Source: an uncultured Verrucomicrobiae bacterium (GTDB lineage Bacteria; Verrucomicrobiota; Verrucomicrobiia; Chthoniobacterales; UBA10450). From it: a stretch of 64,000 nt of DNA. Below the pieces are notes generated by a model, which ran no database searches, was not told where the DNA came from, and saw only the letters and a list, made by a program, of their open reading frames with translations. The translations under genes were made by a program, and so were the position numbers. Positions 1-9,929 of this stretch are shown here, piece by piece. Location of the stretch: positions 96,001 through 160,000 of the forward strand of contig CAVTMK010000003.1 in NCBI GenBank assembly GCA_963735805.1. Reading direction: 5' to 3'. The stretch's first letter is position 1; the number at the start of each line of letters is the position of its first letter.

Positions 1-1398
1 GCGGCCGGCACTGCGCTACTGGTCTCGCTCATCGCATTCATTGCCTGGCTAGCGAAAGCTGGAGTCATGGTACATTTCATTTCGGAGAGTGTTATGACCG
101 GCTTCAAATCCGGAGTGGCGCTTTTTCTTGCCAGCACACAATTGCCGAAGCTTTTCGGTTTCCACAGCACTCATGGAAGTTTCTGGGAGAACACGAATTT
201 CTTCTTCAAACATCTGAATGACACGAACTCGATGTCACTTGTCGTTGGAGGAATCGCGCTGGCGCTGCTGATCCTTGGAAAAATTTTTCTCAAGCACAAA
301 CCGGTCGCGCTTTTCATCGTAATCGGAGGCATTGTTGCCGCCTCTATCCTTTCGTTGGAAGCGCGTGGCGTGAAAATAATTGGGGCCGTGCCGCAGGGAA
401 TCTCGCCGCTGAGGTTTCCAACTGTTCACTGGAACGATTTGAACGACTTGCTACCACTGGCGTTGGCCTGCTTTCTCCTCGGTGCGGTCGAAACGGCCGC
501 GATTGGCCGGATGTTCGCCGCGAAGCACGGCGGACGATTCGATGCTAACCAGGAAAATCTAGCACTCGCGGCATCGAACCTGTTCGCTGGACTCGGCGGC
601 GGCTTTCCGGTGAGCGGCGGCACATCGCAGTCGCTCGTCAATGAAGAAGGCGGCGCGAAGACACCGCTCTCCACCGCCCTCGCTGCGGTTTTTATTCTGG
701 TGGTCGTGCTCTTTTTCTCCCGCTTATTGAGCGCGCTACCTCAACCGGTGCTCGCCGCCGTGGTTTTGGTGGCGATCGCGGGTTTGCTAAATCTTTCAAC
801 ATTGAAGGAACTGTGGCTTAACGATCGTTCCGAATTTGTGGTGGCCATAGCAGCTTTCGCCGGCGTGCTCACGTTCGGCCTCCTCGACGGCGTGATGATC
901 GGCGTTGCAATCTCACTTGTGCAATTGGTCCGCATTTCATCGCGCCCCCACGTTGCTTTTCTCGGACGAATTCCCGGCACACGCCGTTTCTCGGACCGCG
1001 ATCGGCATGCGGACAACGAGCTGATTCCAAACGTAATGATTTTCCGGCCTGAATCGGCCCTCATTTACTTTAATGTCGACAATGTATGCGAGGCGATCCT
1101 AAGTCGCGTTCGTATCGAGGCGATATCGCCGAAACTGGTGGTCCTCGATCTCTCAGCCGCACCGCTCGTGGACATGCAGAGTGCGCACACCCTTGCTAGC
1201 ATGGCGGATGAACTCGGCGCCATAGGCATCCGGTTTCAAGCGGTCGAGCCGCGCTCCTCCGTGCGCGATCGGCTGCGCCATGAGGGCATCGACAGCAAAT
1301 TGGGCGGGGTAAATCGTTTCACAAGCGTGGCCGATGTTATCGATCACTTTCTGGGCGAACCCGCGCCATCCGCGGTCGCGATCAAACCACCGCTCTAA
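1..1398 (+). CDS. SulP family anion permease with C-terminal STAS domain (5'-truncated by window edge)
   Basis: Frame is open from base 1. Hydrophobic helices, FDANQE and GGFPVSGGTSQS motifs, and a STAS-like C-terminus (FRPESALIYFN...VVLDLSA). Confidence 0.92.
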   Translation, partial: AAGTALLVSLIAFIAWLAKAGVMVHFISESVMTGFKSGVALFLASTQLPKLFGFHSTHGSFWENTNFFFKHLNDTNSMSLVVGGIALALLILGKIFLKHKPVALFIVIGGIVAASILSLEARGVKIIGAVPQGISPLRFPTVHWNDLNDLLPLALACFLLGAVETAAIGRMFAAKHGGRFDANQENLALAASNLFAGLGGGFPVSGGTSQSLVNEEGGAKTPLSTALAAVFILVVVLFFSRLLSALPQPVLAAVVLVAIAGLLNLSTLKELWLNDRSEFVVAIAAFAGVLTFGLLDGVMIGVAISLVQLVRISSRPHVAFLGRIPGTRRFSDRDRHADNELIPNVMIFRPESALIYFNVDNVCEAILSRVRIEAISPKLVVLDLSAAPLVDMQSAHTLASMADELGAIGIRFQAVEPRSSVRDRLRHEGIDSKLGGVNRFTSVADVIDHFLGEPAPSAVAIKPPL

Positions 1399-1500
1399 AT
1401 TCAACGACGTTTTACAATAAACAGCGTTGCGAAAGACTATGTTTCTTGCCTCGTAATAATTGGAAGGGAATTAACTCGAGCGAAAAGTGCGCCGGGCGCC

Positions 1501-2172
1501 GCCGCGCTCTTCCGCCGGGATCTGAATGGGATCGCGCGCGCATTCCCAAATCACAAGCGCATCGTACTGATCGGTCACAGTATGGGCGGAATGATTTGTC
1601 GATTAATGATCACAGACGCGGGCGACAAGATCTGGCGCGATTTTTTTGCCACGCCTCCGAACAAAACTCCGCTGGCGAGCGACACACGCAAACTTTTGGA
1701 AGAGGCGCTTGTTTTTAATCATCGGCCGGATGTGCAGCGGGTGATATTCATTTCGACTCCGCACCGCGGCAGCGAGCTGGCCTCGAACTGGATCGGGCGC
1801 GCCGGCGCCGCTCTTGTCAGGACTCCGCGGCTCTTTACTTCGATCTATGCGTCAACCAAACCGCTCCTGATCGCCGACCCTGCGGCCAGACCGCTAAACC
1901 GTATGCCGAACAGCGTAGATACGCTTGAGCCTAACGATCGGTTCGTGGAAGCCGTCAACAAACTGCCAATCACGCGCGGTATCCCTTATCATTCGATCAT
2001 TGGAGACCGCGGCCGGGGCGACACACCCAATAGTTCCGATGGTGTAGTTCCATACTGGAGCTCTCATCTCCAGGGCGCGCAGTCGGAGTTGATCGTCAAT
2101 TCAGATCACGGCGCGCAATACAATCCACAAGCAATTCGAGAAGTTGAAAGAATTCTGAAGACCTACCATTGA
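1501..2172 (+). pseudogene. N-terminally truncated alpha/beta hydrolase (lipase/PGAP1-like)
   Basis: Reading upstream of the ORF ATG (1582) gives IVLIGHSMGG, a nucleophile elbow. Also ISTPHRGS, SDGVVP and SDH. The first ATG lies inside the G-x-S-x-G motif, so the N-terminus appears to be missing. Confidence 0.65.
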
Positions 2173-2176
2173 CCGT

Positions 2177-2734
2177 ATGAACATCGAGTCGATCGCGCCA
2201 TCGATCAAGAAGGTGTCTCCATGGTTGATTCTTTGGAGCACAGTGACCTTTATTTGTGGAATTCTGGCCATCATCCTTCCGTTTACGATTTCTTTTGGAA
2301 TTGCGTTTATCATTGGTTGCTTGATTTTGGCCGCAGGAATTGGACATCTGTTTTTTGCTTTCGATGCGCGCAGCGTCGGCGGGTTTCTCTTCCAGATACT
2401 TGTGAGTCTGCTTTACGCAATGGCGGCAATTTGTTTGTTGGTGAACCCGCTTTTTAGCGTTCTCTCACTTAGCCTTTTCCTGGCAATTTTTCTGCTCCTC
2501 GAGGGTGCCTTGGAATTTGCTCTCTACTTTCGGGTCAGGCGATTCCACCATTCCATCTGGCTGCTAATTGATGGGATCGGCACTTCGGTCCTTGGGATAT
2601 TGATGCTTCGACAGTGGCCACCAGTTTCTCCGGAGACAATCGGAACGTTGATCGGTATTAGCTTGATGCTGAGTGCCGTCTCCAGGCTGATATTTACGAT
2701 GGCGATTCGCGCGCTAAACCCCGCAACCACCTAA
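2177..2734 (+). CDS. HdeD/DUF308 family membrane protein
   Basis: 185 aa with about six hydrophobic segments in two repeats (GILAIILP...; LLVNP...). Confidence 0.8.
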   Translation: MNIESIAPSIKKVSPWLILWSTVTFICGILAIILPFTISFGIAFIIGCLILAAGIGHLFFAFDARSVGGFLFQILVSLLYAMAAICLLVNPLFSVLSLSLFLAIFLLLEGALEFALYFRVRRFHHSIWLLIDGIGTSVLGILMLRQWPPVSPETIGTLIGISLMLSAVSRLIFTMAIRALNPATT

Positions 2735-2743
2735 CGGCCCTTC

Positions 2744-2836
2744 ATGTCCGCCGAGCGTTCCTCAGATGTAAAATTCGATATCGGCCATGTATTGTTCATC
2801 GACATCGTCGGTTACTCGAAGTTGCTGATTGACGAG
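2744..2836 (+). pseudogene. N-terminal stub of a class III adenylate/guanylate cyclase
   Basis: ATG 2744 reads MSAERSSDVKFDIGHVLFIDIVGYSKLLIDE (LFxDIVGYS cyclase strand). Similarity is then lost and the frame stops at 2920. Confidence 0.7.
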
Positions 2837-2903
2837 CGTGGTGTGACTTTCCTGCAAACGAATGTAATCGGAAGATCAAACAAACCTGAGAGAAACAAAT
2901 ATT

Positions 2904-3131
2904 ATGGCCAAGCAAGATAAATCCACCGAGTCAGTCTACAGAGTAACGGAAGTTATCGGGACGAGTACCCAGTCCTGGGAGGACGCGGCAAAGACTGCAG
3001 TGCAGACCGCGGCGGGCACCCTACGTGATCTGCGCATTGCCGAGGTTGTCAAATTGGATGTGAAGATCGAGGACGGCAAAGTGATCGAGTACCGAACGCG
3101 ATTACAACTGTCCTTTAAGTACGAAAGTTAG
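2904..3131 (+). CDS. Dodecin family flavin-binding protein
   Basis: SVYRVTEVIGTSTQSWEDAAKTAV...YRTRLQLSFKY, 75 aa. Confidence 0.9.
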   Translation: MAKQDKSTESVYRVTEVIGTSTQSWEDAAKTAVQTAAGTLRDLRIAEVVKLDVKIEDGKVIEYRTRLQLSFKYES

Positions 3132-3224
3132 TCCGGACGTACAACGGCGCGGTCGAATCTAACTGTGGTCCACTTTTACCCCGAACCTTCTCGGGCCATT
3201 TGAACGACCGTCGCCGTCGCCCCG

Positions 3225-4178
3225 ATGAACAGCAAAATCCCGGGACTTCATCACGTCACTGCGATCGCCAGCGATCCGCAGCGGAACCTGGATTTCTACG
3301 TGAGACTTCTCGGTCTGCGTTTTGTGAAACGCACCGTCAATTTTGATGATCCGGGAACGTATCATTTTTACTTCGGCGATCGCCGCGGAACGCCCGGAAC
3401 AATCCTGACATTCTTTCCCTGGCCCGCTGCGCGACGCGGAATTCGCGGCGTCGGGCAAGTCGAGGCGACGGCCTTCTCAATATCACCGGACTCGGTCGAC
3501 TATTGGCTGGAACGTTTGAAAGAGCAGCATGTTGCAGCGGAAAAAGCAGCGCCGCGTTTCGGGGAAGAAGTAATTCGATTTGTCGATCCCGACGGACTCT
3601 TACTGGAACTGGTTGCGTCAAATTCGCTCGCGTCGGTTGAACCTTGGCCCGACAGCCCGGTTTCTCCCGAGCATGCGCTTCGTGGATTCCACAGCGTGTC
3701 AGCCGCTTTGGAGGGTTACGAAAAGACAGCCCGTTTGCTCACTGACACGTTTGGTTACCGATTGATCAAAGAATCGGGTAACCGGTCTCGATTCGCATCG
3801 CATGACAATAACGCACCGGGCCGAATCGTTGACTTGCTTTGCATGCCTGATGGAGGCGTTGGGCGCGTTGCGGCCGGTTCAGTTCATCACATCGCGTTTC
3901 GCGCGCGTGACGAACAAGAGCAACTCCAGTGGCGAAAGCAGCTCGTTGATCTTGGTTACAACGTTACGCCTGTAATCGATCGCATCTATTTTCATTCAAT
4001 CTATTTTCGCGAACCCGGTGGCGTGCTCTTTGAAATCGCAACCGAACCTCCCGGCTTTACCTTTGATGAGGTAATCGAAGAGTTCGGAACGGGGCTGCAT
4101 CTTCCCCCGTGGCTGGAATCTGCGCGCTCGCAGATCGAAAACATTCTTCCGCCAATCCGCGTACCGCACAAACAATGA
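3225..4178 (+). CDS. Ring-cleaving dioxygenase, VOC family (MhqO/MhqA-like)
   Basis: GLHHVTAIA, KRTVNFDDPGTYHFYFGD, SVHHIAFR, DRIYFHSIYFREPGGVLFEIAT. Confidence 0.92.
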   Translation: MNSKIPGLHHVTAIASDPQRNLDFYVRLLGLRFVKRTVNFDDPGTYHFYFGDRRGTPGTILTFFPWPAARRGIRGVGQVEATAFSISPDSVDYWLERLKEQHVAAEKAAPRFGEEVIRFVDPDGLLLELVASNSLASVEPWPDSPVSPEHALRGFHSVSAALEGYEKTARLLTDTFGYRLIKESGNRSRFASHDNNAPGRIVDLLCMPDGGVGRVAAGSVHHIAFRARDEQEQLQWRKQLVDLGYNVTPVIDRIYFHSIYFREPGGVLFEIATEPPGFTFDEVIEEFGTGLHLPPWLESARSQIENILPPIRVPHKQ

Positions 4179-4819
4179 GGCCGCAGCTGGATTTCGTTCA
4201 CGAATTCGTTCCCGGTAACTCGAGGCGAACGCTGCTGCTATTGCACGGAACCGGAGGAAACGAGCGCGATCTCATCCCGCTAGGGCGCGAACTCGATCCT
4301 AACGGTTCTTTGCTTAGTCCGCGCGGAAAAATTCTGGAGAACGGAATGCCGCGATTTTTTCGGCGGCTGGCTGAGGGTGTGTTCGATTTGGAGGATTTGA
4401 AGACGCGAACGAACGAGCTGGCGGACTTTGTTTCCGCGGCGATACGCCATTACAAACTCGCCGCGGACCATATTGTTGGCGTTGGTTATTCCAACGGCGC
4501 CAACATCGCCGCAAGCATGCTATTACTTCGGCCCGAAATTATGCATGCTGCGATTCTATTCCGCGCGATGGTGCCGCTGGTTCCGGACAAAATGCCGGAG
4601 CTATCATCTGTGCACGTTTGGATCGGCGCAGGCGATCAGGATCCGATTATTCCGCCATCGGAAACCCAACGTCTTGTTGAACTTCTTCGCCAAGCGAGCG
4701 CCGAGGTGACAATTCGTTTTTTTCATGCCGGCCACGGCCTAACGAACAACGAGGTCGAGACAGCAGGTCAATGGCTTATAGAGCCTTCAACAAATCAACG
4801 CACGAAAAACTTTGAGTAG
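4175..4819 (+). CDS. Carboxylesterase/phospholipase (MhqD-like alpha/beta hydrolase)
   Basis: ATG 4175 overlaps the upstream stop (ATGA). LLLHGTGGNE, GYSNGANIA, GH motifs. Confidence 0.9.
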   Translation: MRPQLDFVHEFVPGNSRRTLLLLHGTGGNERDLIPLGRELDPNGSLLSPRGKILENGMPRFFRRLAEGVFDLEDLKTRTNELADFVSAAIRHYKLAADHIVGVGYSNGANIAASMLLLRPEIMHAAILFRAMVPLVPDKMPELSSVHVWIGAGDQDPIIPPSETQRLVELLRQASAEVTIRFFHAGHGLTNNEVETAGQWLIEPSTNQRTKNFE

Positions 4820-4823
4820 CCAA

Positions 4824-5066
4824 TTACCATAGGCGCTTTCTAGCGAATGCATGACCTGAACCGGATTTTAGGTAACGCTCAAAAGCTTCTGCCTTGGCGC
4901 GACCAGTGAACGCGACATAAGTGATTAGCTTCCATGGACTGAACTTTGTGGTATGAGAAGATTTCCCTTGATCGTGTTCTCGGAGACGCTGTTTGAGGTC
5001 TGTTGTCATTCCAACGTAGCGCTCTCCTTGCGCAGAAAGACTCTCAATAAGATACACGTAATACAC
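4824..5066 (-). CDS. Standalone GIY-YIG nuclease
   Basis: From GTG 5066: YYVYLIES...YVGMTTDLKQRLREH...AEAFERYLKSGSG, 80 aa. The longer ORF start runs through a palindrome. Confidence 0.88.
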   Translation of the reverse strand: MYYVYLIESLSAQGERYVGMTTDLKQRLREHDQGKSSHTTKFSPWKLITYVAFTGRAKAEAFERYLKSGSGHAFARKRLW

Positions 5067-5068
5067 TG

Positions 5069-5156
5069 GCCCTCCTTCGCTGAAGCTTCGGAGGGCGTCC
5101 TGCTTCGCGCAACGAATCACCGCCGATCCTGCGAAGCGCATCAGCGCGAAGCAGGA
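5069..5156. repeat. Double-hairpin palindromic element
   Basis: GCCCTCC (5069-75) pairs with GGAGGGC (5090-96). A perfect 13-bp inverted repeat TCCTGCTTCGCGC (5098-5110) pairs with GCGCGAAGCAGGA (5144-56). Confidence 0.8.
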
Positions 5157-5740
5157 TGAAAACGAGTCGACTCGAAGCGTTTAGCGACGGCGTCCTTGCC
5201 ATCATCATTACAATCATGGTGCTGGAATTGAAGGTTCCTCATGCGGTTGAGCTTGCCGCATTGAAGCCACTGCTGCCCGTGCTTTTGAGCTATGTTCTAA
5301 GTTTTATCTACCTGGGGATCTACTGGAACAACCATCACCATCTTTTCCAAGCCACGGAACAGGTCAGCGGCAGAATTCTCTGGGCAAATCTGCATTTGCT
5401 CTTTTGGTTGTCGCTCTTTCCTTTTACCACAGGTTGGATCGGTGAGAACGGGCTAGCTGCCATTCCGACCGCCGTATATGGTTTCGTTCTACTGATGGCA
5501 GCTATCGCTTATTATATTCTCGAACGCGCTATCATTGCCAAGGAAGGTCGCGACTCCCTTGTGGCGCAAGCCGTTGGCAAGGATTGGAAGGGTAGACTCT
5601 CCCTGGTGCTTTACTTGGCCGCTATCCCACTGGCGTTTGTTAGTCCATGGATTGCCTGCGGGCTGTACGTGCTCAGCGCGCTCCTCTGGTTAATTCCTGA
5701 CCCTCGGATCGAAAAGGAGATCGAAAAACGCGAAGAATAA
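5156..5740 (+). CDS. TMEM175 family K+ channel (DUF1211)
   Basis: RLEAFSDGVLAIIITIMVLELKVP, YWNNHHH, six TM segments. Confidence 0.92.
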   Translation: MKTSRLEAFSDGVLAIIITIMVLELKVPHAVELAALKPLLPVLLSYVLSFIYLGIYWNNHHHLFQATEQVSGRILWANLHLLFWLSLFPFTTGWIGENGLAAIPTAVYGFVLLMAAIAYYILERAIIAKEGRDSLVAQAVGKDWKGRLSLVLYLAAIPLAFVSPWIACGLYVLSALLWLIPDPRIEKEIEKREE

Positions 5741-5788
5741 AACAAAGACCGAAAGCAGGTTTCGATAACAAAGCACAACACTCAACCG

Positions 5789-8185
5789 ATGGACCCACCT
5801 GGGAATTCAATTGCATTTGGCGCACCTGGAATCGAGCCGCGCTGGACTTCGAGCGCCAAAGAAGGCGTGGGTACTGCCTATCATACCAGTTGCCGCGTTT
5901 GGTTCACTCTGAGCCACGGCATCCTGAACGAGATTTATTATCCGCATGTCGATCAACCGAATACGCGTGACTTTCAGTTTCTCATAAGCGACGGAGAAAC
6001 GTTTTGCCACGAGGAAAAACGCGACCTGATTCACGCAATCGATTATCCGGAACGCGATTGCCTTCTGTACCGTCTCACGAATTCGGACCCGGGTGATCGC
6101 TATCGGATTGTAAAAGATGTCTTCGCCGATCCGCATCAATCGGTCTTGCTGGTGCACACCAAATTGGAAGTGCTGGACGAATCGCTACGTCGCAAGCTGC
6201 GACTGTATGCATTACTGGCTCCTCACATCGCCGGTTTCGGCGCGGGCAACACGGGGCGGTGCGTTCAAGTGGGTGGTATCAAGCTTATCCGTGCGCAACG
6301 CGTAAACGTTCACCTGATTATGGCGTGCAGCACCGGCTTCTCTCGTCGCTCGGTAGGCTATGTCGGTTTCAGCGATGGTTGGCAGGATGTAATGCACCAT
6401 CTCAAAATGGAGTGGCAGTTTGAGTCGGCCGTGAACGGCAATATCGCGTTGACGGGGGAAATCAATCTTCCACACAGCGGTGAATTCACCATCGCTGTCG
6501 CATTTGGCCGGAGCTACCAGAGCACAACGGCCAAGTTATTCCAATCGCTGGCGGAGCCTTTCGAGTCACATCGTCAGGCGTATGTCCGCCAGTGGCAGCG
6601 AGCGGTTGTGAATCCAAAATTCGACTTTAGCGCCGACACATCCGACGGCGGCGGAATGTATCGACTGAGCCGTTGTGTGCTGACGGCACATGAAGACAAG
6701 GTTTTTCAAGGCGCGATTGTTGCGTCGATGAGTATCCCCTGGGGTGAAACCAAGGGCGACAACGATTTGGGGGGCTATCATCTCGTCTGGACTCGCGACC
6801 TCGTGCAAAGCGCAACAGCGCTCCTTGCCACAGGCCAGATGAGTACACCGTTGCGCGCGTTGATTTGGCTGGCCGCCATTCAGCGACCGGATGGAAGTTT
6901 TCCTCAGAACAGTTGGATTGATGGGACCGCGTATTGGTCTGGCCAGCAGCTCGACCAGATTGCCGCCCCGATATTGCTGGCCTGGCGTTTGCATAAACAA
7001 GACGCACTTGGTCTGTTCAGTCCGCGTATAATGATTGTACGCGCCGCCGCGCACTTGATTCTCCAAGGCCCGGTTACCAGCCAGGACCGGTGGGAAGAAA
7101 ACGCCGGTTACTCGCCTTCCACCCTTGCCACCGTGATTGCTGCCCTTGTCTGCGCAGCGGAATGGGCCACCGAATACCGCGAAACAACAGCCGCAGATTT
7201 TGTTTTTGCGTACGCCGACTGGCTGGCATCGCACCTCGAAGAATGGATGGTCACTACACAGGGTGACCTGGTCGAGGGATTCCCTCGTCATTACATCCGA
7301 ATCAATCCGACGGACCCCAACGCGCCTGATCCTCACCCCGATCCGAATACAACGATGATTCAACTGGCCAACGGCGGCGGCCTGCACCCTGCGCGAAATA
7401 TTGTTGGCGGCGATTTTCTGCATCTGGTGCGATTCGGGATTCGCGCCGCGAACGATCCAATCATTCGCGATTCAATCGAAGTCATCGATCGCGTGATCAA
7501 ACACGATCTGCCACAGGGCCCGTGCTGGCGTCGCTACAATCATGACGGCTATGGACAAAAGGCCGACGGTGGTGCTTTCGATGGAACAGGCGTTGGCCGT
7601 TGCTGGCCAATCTTGACGGGGGAACGAGGCCATTACGAACTTGCGGCCGGACGCGATCCGAGGCCGTTCATTGCGACGATAGAGAACTTTGCGAACCAGG
7701 GCGGCATGCTGACCGAACAGTTATGGGACGCACCTGACTTGCCGGAGGCCCATATGAAATTCGGGTGTCCGACCGGCGCAGCAATGCCGTTGTGTTGGTC
7801 GCACGCCGAATACACTGCACTCGTGCGCAGTTGTCATGACGGAGCTTGTATCGACTGCGTCGGGCCGGCATTTGAACGGTATGTATTGCACCCGGTGCAG
7901 AGCAATTATGAGATCTGGACGCTGCGTTATCCTGCGCGGCGCGTATCTCGCGGCAAAATTTTGCGAATCATTCTAGCTGCAAAGGCAACAGTTGTCTGGT
8001 CAATCGATGGCGGGGCGAGCAGCAATCTATTGGACACGATTCACGAGAGCAGATTGGATCTCTGGTACGCAGATTTTCCGACTGCAGACTGGCTGGCCGG
8101 TTCAGCGCTTACATTTACATTTTTTTGGAAACCCGAGCAGCGTTGGGAAGGCCGTAACTGGCAGATAGACCTTTTGGAAAAGTAA
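5789..8185 (+). CDS. Glucoamylase/glucodextranase (GH15)
   Basis: APGIEPRWTSSAKEGVG, GGYHLVWTRD, QDRWEE, RRYNHDGYG, EQLW, PLCWSHAEY. Confidence 0.92.
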   Translation: MDPPGNSIAFGAPGIEPRWTSSAKEGVGTAYHTSCRVWFTLSHGILNEIYYPHVDQPNTRDFQFLISDGETFCHEEKRDLIHAIDYPERDCLLYRLTNSDPGDRYRIVKDVFADPHQSVLLVHTKLEVLDESLRRKLRLYALLAPHIAGFGAGNTGRCVQVGGIKLIRAQRVNVHLIMACSTGFSRRSVGYVGFSDGWQDVMHHLKMEWQFESAVNGNIALTGEINLPHSGEFTIAVAFGRSYQSTTAKLFQSLAEPFESHRQAYVRQWQRAVVNPKFDFSADTSDGGGMYRLSRCVLTAHEDKVFQGAIVASMSIPWGETKGDNDLGGYHLVWTRDLVQSATALLATGQMSTPLRALIWLAAIQRPDGSFPQNSWIDGTAYWSGQQLDQIAAPILLAWRLHKQDALGLFSPRIMIVRAAAHLILQGPVTSQDRWEENAGYSPSTLATVIAALVCAAEWATEYRETTAADFVFAYADWLASHLEEWMVTTQGDLVEGFPRHYIRINPTDPNAPDPHPDPNTTMIQLANGGGLHPARNIVGGDFLHLVRFGIRAANDPIIRDSIEVIDRVIKHDLPQGPCWRRYNHDGYGQKADGGAFDGTGVGRCWPILTGERGHYELAAGRDPRPFIATIENFANQGGMLTEQLWDAPDLPEAHMKFGCPTGAAMPLCWSHAEYTALVRSCHDGACIDCVGPAFERYVLHPVQSNYEIWTLRYPARRVSRGKILRIILAAKATVVWSIDGGASSNLLDTIHESRLDLWYADFPTADWLAGSALTFTFFWKPEQRWEGRNWQIDLLEK

Positions 8186-8350
8186 TCTCAACCAACTAAT
8201 TCGGTGAATCCCCGTTTTCGGAACTGGCGAGGTGAGTAAGGCTCTCTGCAAATCTCGCACGACTGTGTTTCACAACTCCTGGCTACAAGGCAGCCATAAC
8301 GAGACTATGATGTCGCCTTCACGAACGAAAAAACATTTGAAACCAAAAAT

Positions 8351-9106
8351 ATGAAAATAGTCGTCCTCGGCGGCACCGGCCTCATTGGAAGCAAAGTGGT
8401 AAATCTCCTTTGCGCACGCGGCCACGAAGTCGTTGCGGCATCTCCTTCGCAGGGCATCAATTCGATTACCGGAGAAGGTTTAACTGAGGCGCTAAGCGGA
8501 GCGCAGGTTGTCGTGGACGTCACGAATTCCCCTTCGTTCGAAGACAAGGCCGTGCTGGAATTCTTCGAAACTTCGACCCGCAACATGCTCGCCGCCGAGG
8601 CGAAAACCGGAGTCGGTCACCACGTCGCGGTCTCTATTGTGGGCAGCGAACGGCTTCCCGCGAGCGGATACTTGCGCGCGAAAATGGCCCAGGAAAAACT
8701 GATCAAGGTTTCGCCAATTCCCTACACCATTGTCCGCGCCACGCAGTTTTTTGAGTTCGTTGGGCGCATCGCTGATGAGGCGACCAACGGGCAGACCGTT
8801 CACCTGCCCTCGGTATTATTTCAGCCGATTTTCTCGGACGACCTCGCCGCTAACCTGGCCAGAATCGCCGTCGCGAAGCCGTTGAATGGAACCATTGAGT
8901 TAGCCGGCCCTGAAGCCCTCCCGTTTGACGAGATCGTGCGTCAATACCTTGTAGCGCATCACGATCCCCGCACGGTCGTGAAGGACGAACAAGCCCGCTA
9001 CTTCGGCACCACGCTTGAGGAACGCAGCCTGGTCCCGGGCTCGAACGCGCTGCTCGGCCCGACCCATTTCGAAGCATGGCTTAGCCGCTCCGCTCCGCAG
9101 CGTTAA
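8351..9106 (+). CDS. NmrA-like/atypical SDR NAD(P)-binding protein
   Basis: MKIVVLGGTGLIG Rossmann motif; YLRAK; IVRATQFFEF. Confidence 0.88.
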   Translation: MKIVVLGGTGLIGSKVVNLLCARGHEVVAASPSQGINSITGEGLTEALSGAQVVVDVTNSPSFEDKAVLEFFETSTRNMLAAEAKTGVGHHVAVSIVGSERLPASGYLRAKMAQEKLIKVSPIPYTIVRATQFFEFVGRIADEATNGQTVHLPSVLFQPIFSDDLAANLARIAVAKPLNGTIELAGPEALPFDEIVRQYLVAHHDPRTVVKDEQARYFGTTLEERSLVPGSNALLGPTHFEAWLSRSAPQR

Positions 9107-9162
9107 TCCGTTTGCGGAACGCACCAAGAACAACCAAACCACATACGAGAAAAACGATTACA

Positions 9163-9615
9163 ATGAAACAAATCCGAACTTCTAGACCACTCGGTCTGTC
9201 ACGCTTTGCCAACGCACTTATTGTTTGCGCACTCATCGCCGCTCTCGGCATGGGGGCGGTGATGGCCTCTGACAAGAATTCAAAGGTCACGCTCGTCTAC
9301 GAGCACGCTCTGCCCAACGTGCCAGGTAAAAGTATCAAGGGTGTGCTCGTCGAATATGGTCCCGGCGGTACGTCGTCGGCCCACACACATCCCAAGTCTG
9401 CTTTCATCTACGCGACTGTTCTCGAAGGAGCGATCCGGAGTTCGGTCAACAATGGGCCGGTCGTTACTTATCACGCCGGAGAAAGCTTCTCCGAGATGCC
9501 TGGTGACCGACACAGCGTTAGTGAGAACGCGAGCAAGACCGAACCCGCGAAACTGCTGGCCGTGTTCGTGGTAGATACGGACGAGAAGCAACTGACGACG
9601 CCGTACGAAGAATGA
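9163..9615 (+). CDS. Secreted cupin domain protein
   Basis: Signal-like hydrophobic N-terminus; HTHP...VLEG and EMPGDRHSVSEN cupin motifs. Confidence 0.85.
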   Translation: MKQIRTSRPLGLSRFANALIVCALIAALGMGAVMASDKNSKVTLVYEHALPNVPGKSIKGVLVEYGPGGTSSAHTHPKSAFIYATVLEGAIRSSVNNGPVVTYHAGESFSEMPGDRHSVSENASKTEPAKLLAVFVVDTDEKQLTTPYEE

Positions 9616-9929
9616 GACGGCGTGGAACGGCAAGATTTTACGAATGACTTCCGGTAATGGGAAGCCGCAACTGCCAGGTAACATTTTGTAAATCAACACC
9701 GTTGACCATATCCCAGTTCAGTCGCCGTGGTAACGACCGTAGCGCAACACTTCTCGGGCATTTCTCCTTGACTAGAGTGCACCAAAAAAATAGCAATGAA
9801 ACAGCAGTTACCGAGAAGTGCACAAAATGAAATCGCGAATTGGCACGCGAAACGACTCAGTTGCTGCAAGGTGCGCTCAGTCGGGGGCAACGCGCTGAGA
9901 AGGGAAAGCAAAGATGTAAGGTCCCTACG

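Noticed and set aside
9616..9929. Riboswitch or sigma54/NtrC promoter upstream of the cox operon (CACTTCTCGG/CCGAGAAGTG inverted repeat; TTGGCACG at about 9840)
   Set aside because: The -12 GC element is missing at the correct spacing and no known aptamer is recognisable. Too weak to call.
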